Of a DNA stretch of 64,000 bases, positions 10,012-17,677 are shown one piece after another (position 1 is the first letter of the stretch; every line of letters begins with the position of its first letter). The position numbers were made by a program, and so were the translations under genes. Source of the DNA: Bacteroidia bacterium (lineage in GTDB: Bacteria > Bacteroidota > Bacteroidia > CAIKAF01); the NCBI GenBank assembly GCA_030427255.1, contig JAUHWY010000005.1, positions 23,776-87,775 of the forward strand, written 5' to 3'. The notes under the pieces were generated by a model. The model had not been told where the DNA came from. It saw only the letters and a program-made list of their open reading frames with translations, and ran no database searches.

Positions 10012-10769
10012 TAGAAATCAAACATTTAAGCAAATCGTTTGGGGAGAATCAAGTATTGCATCAAATTGATGCAGAGTTTGAGGAGGGGAAAACCAATTTG
10101 ATTATTGGGCAATCGGGGAGCGGCAAAACGGTGTTAATGAAATGCGTTGTTGGCTTATTTGAACCGAGCGAAGGCGATGTCCTGTATTCAGGAAGGTCCT
10201 TTACCCAAGCCAGTTTGAATGAAAAGCGAAACATTCGCAAGGAGATTGGAATGGTATTTCAAGGAGGTGCCTTGTTTGATTCAATGACGGTAGAAGAAAA
10301 TGTGGCGTTTCCTTTACGCATGTTTACCCAAGAAAGCCGCAGCGAAATTATGGACCGTGCGAATCTTTGCCTTAAACGGGTAAACCTTCCAAACGCCCAC
10401 AAATTATTTCCCTCCGAAATTAGTGGAGGCATGAAAAAACGGGTGGCGATTGCAAGAGCTATTGCCCTAAATCCAAAGTATTTATTTTTTGACGAACCAA
10501 ACTCAGGCTTAGACCCACGCACGTCAATTCTAATTGACAACCTTATTCAAGAAATTACCCAAGAATACCAAACCGTTACCGTAATCAACACCCACGATAT
10601 GAACTCGGTAATGGAGATTGGAGATAAGATTTTTTATATTCACAAGGGGCACAAACATTGGCAAGGAGACCGCGTTGGAATTTGGGAAAGTCCAAATAAG
10701 GAGTTGACCGATTTTGTTTTTGCCACACGTCTTATGCGAGATATTCGAAGCAAAAATTTTAAGCCTTGA
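10008..10769 (+). CDS. mlaF: MlaF-family ABC transporter ATP-binding protein
   Basis: GQSGSGKT, FQGGALFDS, ISGGMKKRV, DEP; ATGA overlap with the mlaE stop. Confidence 0.92.
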   Translation: MIEIKHLSKSFGENQVLHQIDAEFEEGKTNLIIGQSGSGKTVLMKCVVGLFEPSEGDVLYSGRSFTQASLNEKRNIRKEIGMVFQGGALFDSMTVEENVAFPLRMFTQESRSEIMDRANLCLKRVNLPNAHKLFPSEISGGMKKRVAIARAIALNPKYLFFDEPNSGLDPRTSILIDNLIQEITQEYQTVTVINTHDMNSVMEIGDKIFYIHKGHKHWQGDRVGIWESPNKELTDFVFATRLMRDIRSKNFKP

Positions 10770-10835
10770 AAGGTTTAATCTAATTTTAAACTTTCTTTTT
10801 TATGGCTTGGCCATAGGGATTACTAACTTGCTCCT

Positions 10836-13800
10836 ATGAGATTTCTGATTGCCGCTTTACTTCTTCCTTTGGTTACCCTTTATGGCCAAAGCAGCTATAC
10901 CTTTACCAACTGTGGAGCATCGGGTCGTTTTGGGCCGAGTCAAACCAATGTAAACAACAGCTATACCTCGGGAAACTCCTTGCACAATCAGGTAAGTATT
11001 AACACTCAAGGGTTTCAGGAATGGACGGTGCCCACAACGGGCACGTATCGCATTCAAGCCTTTGGAGCGCAAGGTGGGGAAGGTGCAAACTCTCCAAGCT
11101 CCAGAGGAGGAGGTGGGCCCGGTGGCTTAGGTGCGCGCGTAGAAGGAGATTTTTCCTTAAATGCCGGTGATGTATTGGTGGTTGTGGTAGGACAAGAAGG
11201 TCAGGATGGTATTGGAAACGGCAATTGCGGTGGTGGCGGTGGCGGCGGCTCTTTTGTTTGGCTAAAGCAAAACAACACACTCTTACTTGCCGCAGGCGGC
11301 GGCGGAGGAGGCCCCGGTAACTCATGGCAAGCCAATACTACCATTCATGGCACAAGCTCTACTTCCGGGCAAACACCTCCGGCGGCCGTAAGTTATGTGA
11401 GTGGTCAAGGAGGTACTAATGGTCAAGGCGGTGGAGCCGGCAGCCAAGGAGGGAATAGCAATTGCGGTTATTGTGGAGCCGGAGGCGCCGGCTGGCTGAG
11501 CAATGGTGCAGCAGGTGGTCAATATGGCGACAATTTTGGAAGAACCAGAACCTTCGGCTTTATTGGCGGCAGAGCCAACAACAACCTTACCCATGGAGGT
11601 TTTGGTGGTGGTGCTGCCACAGGCGATGATGGAAGAAGCGATTACAGCCATGGAAACGCCGGTGGAGGCGGATACTCCGGTGGCGGAGGGACAGGTTACC
11701 CCTACTTTGGAGGTGGCGGAGGATCCTTCAACAGCGGAGCCAACACGAACGATGCAGGAGCCGTGCGGAGTGGGCATGGGCAGGTACTCATAACGGAACA
11801 GGTGTGTCAAGGAATTCCCAATGCAGGTACCGTTGATGTGAATGGGCAAGACACCTTGTTCTTTTGCAGTCCAAGTCAAGTAACCTTATCTGTGCAAGGC
11901 GCAGCATCAGGCTCGGGGATTTCTTATCAATGGCAAAGCAGCGGAGGCCCCTTTGGCCCTTGGCAAAATATACCGGGCGCTACCAATTTGACCCATGTTG
12001 CCAATGTGCAAGGTTTTGGAAGCTTTTTTCGCTTGCGGGTTAGTTGCTCCGGTTCGGGTCAATTTGCCTTTAGCAATCGAATTGCCGCCTTGGGAGACCA
12101 AACTCCTCCCACCATTTCGGCGCCGGCAGACCTTTTGCAACAACCTACAGACTCAGGAAACTGCAGTCGCGCCAATCTAAATTTAGGGCAGGCCAATGCT
12201 AACGACAATTGCCAAGTTGCTTCCGTTTCCAATAATGCCCCGGCATCCTTTCCTTTAGGAATTACTCAGGTGGTATGGACCGTTACGGATGGTTTTGGTT
12301 TAACGGCCACTGATACCCAAACAGTGGAGATTTTAGACCTTGAAGCTCCAATAATGGCTCAGGCCTCTCCATTAAATCTGCAAGCAGACCCCGGAGGCTG
12401 CAGCGCAACCAATACCGGACTTACCCCGCCCTCTACCACAGAAAACTGTCAGTTGGCTTCCGTAAACAACAATGCGCCTGCAAGCTTTCCGGCCGGTGTT
12501 ACGCAAGTGGAGTGGGTTGCCTTAGATGCGGCGGGAAATGCAGACACCATTTATCAAACGGTGGTGGTGACGGATGGAGAAGCCCCCCAAATGGGACCGG
12601 CGCCCACTGACACCTTATTCACGGATCCGGGCCAATGCACGGCCAGTCAGTTTAGCTTAAATAGCCCAAGTGCCACAGACAACTGTGGAGCGCTTAGCCT
12701 TACCAATAATGCTCCCTCCATTTTGGCAGAAGGAGTTCACGCAATTGTTTGGACTGCTACCGACAGCTCCGGAAACAGCAGTCAAACCACCCAATTGGTG
12801 GTGGTAATAGACAATGAAGCGCCACAATTGCAAGCGCCCAACGATATTTCAATAGCAGCAGACCCTGGGGCATGTACGGCTTCCAACGTAAACTTGGGCC
12901 AAGCCCTAACTTCGGACAATTGCGGTATTGGGCAAGTAGTGAATAATGCGCCCGTTCAGTTTGCTTTAGGGCAAACCATGGTGGTTTGGACCTTAGCGGA
13001 TCAATCCGGAAATGTGGTTACCGATACCCAATACGTTACCGTTAGTGACCAAAGCCCCCCTAGCCTAAGTGCCCCTCAAGCAGTACAATTCACTGTAGAC
13101 TCTGCCAGTTGCCTACTAAGTCAACCGGCATTAGGCCAAGCCGTGGCAAACGATGCATGCAGTCCTGTTGCAATAAGCAATGACGCACAAGGCAGCTATG
13201 GCCCGGGAGTGTACACCATAACCTGGACGGCCAGCGACACCAGCGGAAATACGACAACTGCACAACAAACCCTTACGGTTACGGATAATTTTGCCCCAAT
13301 AATTAATTTTTGTGCTCCGGATACCTTCGTTTGCTTTGGTGTAGAAACAACTTTGCCTTTACCTTCCGGGACAGACAATTGCAGTTCTGCTTTGAGCACG
13401 GAACAGGTTAGTGGACCCATAAATGGCACCATTTTTCCTATGGGTCAGCATCAATTGGTGTTTGCATTAAAAGATGCTGCACAAAATGCTGCCTACTGCA
13501 CTACCATGGTAGATGTAAGGCCATTGCCCAACACCTCTACCAACCAGCAGGGAACGGTATTGTCCGCAGTACAAAGTGGTGCGCTATACCAATGGCTTGA
13601 CTGCCTGGATAATTACAATGCCCTTGCGGGAGAGACCGCACAACAGTATACCCCATCATCTAGCGGAAGCTATGCTGTCCGGGTTGACTTAAATGGGTGT
13701 CCGGACACCAGCTTATGTTTGGAAGTAAACCTAACTGGGCTGTTTGAAGCGAATACTCAAGATTTTAAAATTTGGCCTGTTCCCGCCACGAAGGTCTTGA

Positions 13801-13985
13801 ATATTGAAGTGATGGAAGCAGGTCTTTTTAAGGTTTTTGATTTGAGGGGCGCCTTGGTTATGGAGCAGAAACTTCAAAAGGGAACCCAGCAAATATCCTT
13901 GCAAGGTCCAGCACCGGGGGTATATCTTATCCGCTTTACCGGAAGCGAGACCTCTCATCAGCAACGTTTGGTTATTCAACCATAG
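10836..13985 (+). CDS. T9SS-secreted protein: N-terminal glycine-rich domain, HYR/Ig-like repeats, type A C-terminal domain
   Basis: Signal peptide; GAQGG...GGGGGSF domain; about five DNC...NNAP..F..G...V.W...D..G repeats; C-terminal IWPVPA...GVYLIR...RLVIQ. Confidence 0.85.
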   Translation: MRFLIAALLLPLVTLYGQSSYTFTNCGASGRFGPSQTNVNNSYTSGNSLHNQVSINTQGFQEWTVPTTGTYRIQAFGAQGGEGANSPSSRGGGGPGGLGARVEGDFSLNAGDVLVVVVGQEGQDGIGNGNCGGGGGGGSFVWLKQNNTLLLAAGGGGGGPGNSWQANTTIHGTSSTSGQTPPAAVSYVSGQGGTNGQGGGAGSQGGNSNCGYCGAGGAGWLSNGAAGGQYGDNFGRTRTFGFIGGRANNNLTHGGFGGGAATGDDGRSDYSHGNAGGGGYSGGGGTGYPYFGGGGGSFNSGANTNDAGAVRSGHGQVLITEQVCQGIPNAGTVDVNGQDTLFFCSPSQVTLSVQGAASGSGISYQWQSSGGPFGPWQNIPGATNLTHVANVQGFGSFFRLRVSCSGSGQFAFSNRIAALGDQTPPTISAPADLLQQPTDSGNCSRANLNLGQANANDNCQVASVSNNAPASFPLGITQVVWTVTDGFGLTATDTQTVEILDLEAPIMAQASPLNLQADPGGCSATNTGLTPPSTTENCQLASVNNNAPASFPAGVTQVEWVALDAAGNADTIYQTVVVTDGEAPQMGPAPTDTLFTDPGQCTASQFSLNSPSATDNCGALSLTNNAPSILAEGVHAIVWTATDSSGNSSQTTQLVVVIDNEAPQLQAPNDISIAADPGACTASNVNLGQALTSDNCGIGQVVNNAPVQFALGQTMVVWTLADQSGNVVTDTQYVTVSDQSPPSLSAPQAVQFTVDSASCLLSQPALGQAVANDACSPVAISNDAQGSYGPGVYTITWTASDTSGNTTTAQQTLTVTDNFAPIINFCAPDTFVCFGVETTLPLPSGTDNCSSALSTEQVSGPINGTIFPMGQHQLVFALKDAAQNAAYCTTMVDVRPLPNTSTNQQGTVLSAVQSGALYQWLDCLDNYNALAGETAQQYTPSSSGSYAVRVDLNGCPDTSLCLEVNLTGLFEANTQDFKIWPVPATKVLNIEVMEAGLFKVFDLRGALVMEQKLQKGTQQISLQGPAPGVYLIRFTGSETSHQQRLVIQP

Positions 13986-14300
13986 GGGTCAAAAATATAG
14001 CCTTGGGAATCTGTTGAGGAGCTTCCAATGGGCAGGTATTTCGTAAAGGCACAATGCTTAGCGACAAAAGCCTGAGGCCTTAGCGCATGCTTAGCTTAGA
14101 TATATCGGTTTTACTTATTGGCCTTTTCAATTGGCCATATGCCACGGTTTTAACCAAAGGAGACCGTTGACGGGTTGCGTTTTCAAGGCGAATTAAGGCG
14201 CGTACAAATCGAAAGGCCGCTGACGCTTCGGTCAGGACAGGCCGGAGTTTACCATATGTAAATGAGCACCTTGAGATTTGGACGCAACGCCCAGACGCCG

Positions 14301-14403
14301 CCAGAATAGCAATTCGTCAACGATCTCCAAAGATAGAAAGTAATAAGCCCTTTAGGGTTAAGTGTTACACCAAAGCGAGACTGATGGTTCGACGCTATTC
14401 CGG
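14301..14403 (-). ncRNA. Candidate multi-stem structured RNA
   Basis: Nested stems CCGGAATAGC/GCTATTCTGG and CGTCGA/TTGACG enclosing three hairpins; the mismatches are G-U pairs only on the minus strand. Confidence 0.45.
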
Positions 14404-14415
14404 TAGTATTTTGGT

Positions 14416-14510
14416 CCTGACGCTTCGGTCAGGATTAGAAACCTGACGCTTCGGTCAGGATTAGAAACCTGACGCTTCGGTCAGGATTAGAAACCTGACG
14501 CTTCGGTCAG
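14416..14510. repeat. Tandem 26-bp hairpin repeat (~3.7 copies)
   Basis: CCTGACGCTTCGGTCAGGATTAGAAA at 14416, 14442, 14468 and a partial copy at 14494; a lone core at 14220-14236. Confidence 0.9.
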
Positions 14511-14791
14511 AAGCCAAGGCTTGAAAACACAAGGCATAAACAGCCTTAAAGCGTAATTCTGACATAGTTTCACTAGAAAAGCAACGCATCAACGGTCTGG
14601 TAATAATAATCGCTGGTCTGGTGCAATCGCTTAGAAAAGGCTGCAGGGCCGGGTATTGATTACGGATGGGCCAATGCAAAAACCGAAAGGCGGTGGATAG
14701 GTTTTGGCAGGGATCAAGAATAGGCCAAGAGAAATTTTATTTTTATTAGCTCTCTAAGCTAGCTATTTCCATTTGATGGAATCCATTCCAT

Positions 14792-14843
14792 AAAAAAGAA
14801 AAACATGTACACCTGTGGAATAGTAGGCATACATGTTTTTTCT
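14792..14843 (-). terminator. Putative terminator hairpin
   Basis: AGAAAAACATGT/ACATGTTTTTTCT inverted repeat, followed by a T run on the minus strand, downstream of the 81-aa ORF. Confidence 0.5.
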
Positions 14844-14896
14844 AGAACCCAAGTTAGAATGTAGAAAGGAAGATTTTGATTAATTGTAAAACAAAT

Positions 14897-15142
14897 TTAA
14901 TGAACAAATTCTAAAGTTTCCATTATTTGGCTGAAATTTTTTCGTGCTTGTTCCCACCAAAGCCATTGGGCCATTTTTTCATCGGACAAATCGATCTCCG
15001 TGGAAAAAAAACGGTGTTCGATAATAGCACTCACTTCATCTAGGAGTTCGTCCATAGATTCGGTGTTTTGAGTTAGCAAAGCCAATTCATCGGAGGGGCT
15101 CATTGAGCCGTCTAAAAAACTATAGGTAGGTACTGCTTGCAC
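14897..15142 (-). CDS. Small acidic hypothetical protein (81 aa)
   Basis: GTG start, helical acidic sequence, upstream leader hairpin and downstream terminator; no recognisable family. Confidence 0.5.
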   Translation of the reverse strand: MQAVPTYSFLDGSMSPSDELALLTQNTESMDELLDEVSAIIEHRFFSTEIDLSDEKMAQWLWWEQARKNFSQIMETLEFVH

Positions 15143-15379
15143 GATTCCAATGTTTAATGTATTTTAGTTCTCTGATTTATTGGTGGCAGTCCTTCCTTTG
15201 TTTGCTCATCCCTACGTTTCCCCAAAATGAGTTAGGAAGGTCTGCCATTTTTTATGTCTTTTATTTGTACGCCTACTTTTGGCGTTGAGTTAGAAGGGAA
15301 CAATTGATGGTTATTGACGAACGATTAAGAAGCCTAGGCAAATAAAAGAACGGTCTTGGCAGAGAATGAATTGAATCGG

Positions 15380-15547
15380 TTAGTGCTGTAATTCGTCGAC
15401 GATTATTTGCACCTGAGCTTCCTCTCCGGAGCGTATGGCATCGTTAGAACGTTGCTCCAAGGCACGGTATTCGTCCGGAGACATGGTTGGCTTAGCTGCG
15501 ATCAGCAAGTTCAACATCAAGGCGACTAAAATCCAAAAGCTGTCCAT
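15380..15547 (-). CDS. 55-aa putative secreted signalling pro-peptide, copy 3 (not in ORF track)
   Basis: MDSFWILVALMLNLLIAAKPTMSPDEYRALEQRSNDAIRSGEEAQVQIIVDELQH*; differs from copy 2 at 15 synonymous and 2 non-synonymous codons. Confidence 0.85.
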   Translation of the reverse strand: MDSFWILVALMLNLLIAAKPTMSPDEYRALEQRSNDAIRSGEEAQVQIIVDELQH

Positions 15548-15570
15548 GGTATGGTATTTTTAAAAGTTGG

Positions 15571-15738
15571 TTAATGCTGTAATTCGTCTACAATGATTTG
15601 CACCTGGGCTTCCTCTCCGGAGCGTATGGCATCGTTAGAACGCTGTTGTAGCGAGCGATACTCGTCGGGAGACATGGTTGGCTTGGCTGCGATTAGCAAG
15701 TTCAACATCAAGGCTACTAGAATCCAAAAGCTGTCCAT
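15571..15738 (-). CDS. 55-aa putative secreted signalling pro-peptide, copy 2 (not in ORF track)
   Basis: MDSFWILVALMLNLLIAAKPTMSPDEYRSLQQRSNDAIRSGEEAQVQIIVDELQH*; AT-rich 20-nt spacer before the ATG. Confidence 0.85.
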   Translation of the reverse strand: MDSFWILVALMLNLLIAAKPTMSPDEYRSLQQRSNDAIRSGEEAQVQIIVDELQH

Positions 15739-15758
15739 GAGGTATTATTTTAAAAGGA

Positions 15759-15926
15759 TTAGTGTTGAAGTTCGTCTACAATAATTTCCAACGCAACGGC
15801 GTCTTTTGCAGCAATGGCATGAGAGGCCTCAATCCTAGTAGATTGGAGACTATCGTTTCCGGATGTGCTTTGGCTGCCCGCAAGTAAATTGGACACCAAT
15901 ACGATTAATAGCGTTAAGGTTTGCAT
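15759..15926 (-). CDS. 55-aa putative secreted signalling pro-peptide, copy 1 (divergent)
   Basis: MQTLTLLIVLVSNLLAGSQSTSGNDSLQSTRIEASHAIAAKDAVALEIIVDELQH*; same length and same last 8 residues as copies 2 and 3 when started at the ATG at 15926. Confidence 0.8.
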   Translation of the reverse strand: MQTLTLLIVLVSNLLAGSQSTSGNDSLQSTRIEASHAIAAKDAVALEIIVDELQH

Positions 15927-16006
15927 TGCGATTTGTTGAATTATTATTGATAAATTCTTGAGCAAAGTTGAACCAAACTCAAATCTGCCGCAAAACCACT
16001 TTTTAA

Positions 16007-16060
16007 AAATTTGACATTACGAGAAAAAGGCCCTAAATTTGACATCTAGATTTGTCCAAA
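16007..16060. promoter_or_regulatory. Divergent promoter region with an 11-bp direct repeat
   Basis: AAATTTGACAT at 16007 and 16035; TAnnTTTG boxes at 16034 (TAAATTTG) and 16047 (TAGATTTG). Confidence 0.45.
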
Positions 16061-16071
16061 AACGGGTAGTT

Positions 16072-17631
16072 ATGAAAAAAAATAGCCCTGATGCTTTAAG
16101 ACCGCTTGTAAAAAGCATGTCTCCTCAAGAACAGGAGGTTGCCAAGCAAGTGATTGTTGGCTTTAACCGAAAGTTCGGTGATTACGAGCCAAAAACTTTA
16201 AAGCTTTTTCAATTTATTTCTGACAATACGGACCTAGGAAATTTTGATGATGAGCAGGTGAAAAACCTGCTTTTCCCCGAAATGGACGAAGCAACTTTCG
16301 GAAAACTGACATCACGTTTAAGGGAAAAAATCTTCGAATCGCTCATTTTGGACGTAAATCTTGACCGAAAAGGCACCTATCAGCCCTCTTGGTTGGTGCG
16401 TCAAAAGGCAAGAAAGAATCTCATTACCGCCGAAATTCTCAGTATCCGAAATCAACGCGATAAAGCCGAAAAGCTTATTCGAAAAACCATACGAGAGTGC
16501 CAAAAGCATGAGCTATACGATCTTCTTATTGGTCTCAATCATATTTCGTTCATCAATACCTGCAACACCAAAGGAGGCGAATACACTTCGCAAAACTTTG
16601 AAGACTTTCAATCGTATCTTGAAAAAGAACGACTTAAAAAAACCGCTGAAATGCATATGTACAAATATGCATTTTATGGTGTCAATAAGTCTTCGGCAAA
16701 GCCAAAACCCAAAGATGTTCTAAAGGATATTCAAAAAATAGAACAGGCTTTGGAACATGGACCTGAAGTCCCTTCTGCCAAGTATTTTCTCCTACAGCTT
16801 AAAACCGTGTATTGGGAATTAAAAGGTAATTTTAATAACCAAGTGCGCTTCGCCCGTCAATTGCGCGACCTTTTTGCCCAACATCCCCACCTTGGCTCGG
16901 ACATTAGAAATATTAATGCCTACTTACAAGAGTTTACAGCCCTCCTAAATCTAAACGAGCACAAAGAAGCGCTTGTAGCAGTACGAGAGGCACAAAAACT
17001 TGCTGTACCCGGCACATCAAGCTATTTCGAAATCACCAAAAACCAAGTGTATCCGCTTATTCATTTAGGTAGGTTGCACGAAGCCCGTAGAATAGTAGAA
17101 GACTTACTTGACGACGAACGAGTGCAAGGTCTAATGCAAGAGAAATTGCGCTATTTACTCTGCGTTATTCTTCGCGAAAACGGACAATACGGCTTGGTAA
17201 GCAGAACTCTTTTGGAGCTTAATGAGCTGCCTTCCGCTCAGCGCAATGGATGGAACGTAGGCGTGCGCTTCATGGAAATCCAAAACCGCTTGGAAAATGA
17301 GCTGTTCGATTTGGCCGAAACCCAAATCCAAAACCTCAAACGTTTTATGGAACGCCATAGCACTGCTATGAAAGACCGGAAACGCGATGTGATTATCCTT
17401 CGTATCCTGCTTCAACTGTCCAAGCTTGATTTCAACTTTGTCGAATTCATGAGCAAACATGCACCACTTGTAGATTTGCTTCAAGATGCTAGACCCGATT
17501 ACCGTTGGGATCCATTCGGCGCAGAAACCATTCCTTTTGATCAATGGCTACGCAAAATGGCAGGCATGCCAATGCTCAGTCCAAATTCAGATGAGAACTC
17601 TGAAAACGAACTGGTCTACATCGAAAAATAA
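16072..17631 (+). CDS. Cytoplasmic alpha-helical (TPR-like) hypothetical protein; candidate peptide-sensing regulator
   Basis: 519 aa from ATG 16072; no signal peptide or transmembrane segment; TPR-like helical pairs (LIHLGRLHEARRIVEDLL, LRENGQYGLVSRTL); divergent from the peptide genes. Confidence 0.8.
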   Translation: MKKNSPDALRPLVKSMSPQEQEVAKQVIVGFNRKFGDYEPKTLKLFQFISDNTDLGNFDDEQVKNLLFPEMDEATFGKLTSRLREKIFESLILDVNLDRKGTYQPSWLVRQKARKNLITAEILSIRNQRDKAEKLIRKTIRECQKHELYDLLIGLNHISFINTCNTKGGEYTSQNFEDFQSYLEKERLKKTAEMHMYKYAFYGVNKSSAKPKPKDVLKDIQKIEQALEHGPEVPSAKYFLLQLKTVYWELKGNFNNQVRFARQLRDLFAQHPHLGSDIRNINAYLQEFTALLNLNEHKEALVAVREAQKLAVPGTSSYFEITKNQVYPLIHLGRLHEARRIVEDLLDDERVQGLMQEKLRYLLCVILRENGQYGLVSRTLLELNELPSAQRNGWNVGVRFMEIQNRLENELFDLAETQIQNLKRFMERHSTAMKDRKRDVIILRILLQLSKLDFNFVEFMSKHAPLVDLLQDARPDYRWDPFGAETIPFDQWLRKMAGMPMLSPNSDENSENELVYIEK

Positions 17632-17649
17632 AAAGTTCCTTATTCCATT

Positions 17650-17677
17650 AAAGGCCCTTTAACTAAGGGCCTTTTTT
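17650..17677. terminator. Bidirectional intrinsic terminator
   Basis: AAAGGCCCTT-TAACT-AAGGGCCTTTTTT between convergent genes. Confidence 0.85.

Larger units (their letters stand above)
14161..14598. mobile_element. Putative non-autonomous MITE-like element
   Basis: Imperfect terminal inverted repeats AGACCGTTGACGGGTTGCGTTTTC (14161-14184) and GAAAAGCAACGCATCAACGGTCT (14576-14598); non-coding, hairpin-rich interior. Confidence 0.5.

Noticed and set aside
14416..14510. CRISPR array
   Set aside because: The linkers are identical and only 8 bp long; no cas genes are in the window.
14461..14679. 72-aa minus-strand ORF
   Set aside because: Non-ATG start, runs through the inverted repeat and tandem hairpins, and shows no protein-like features.
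15593..15784. 63-aa plus-strand ORF in the track
   Set aside because: Antisense shadow of peptide copy 2; the synonymous-change pattern supports the minus-strand frame.
15380..15926. RiPP precursor cluster
   Set aside because: No modifying enzyme, peptidase-containing ABC transporter or double-glycine leader nearby; enzymes acting in trans cannot be excluded.
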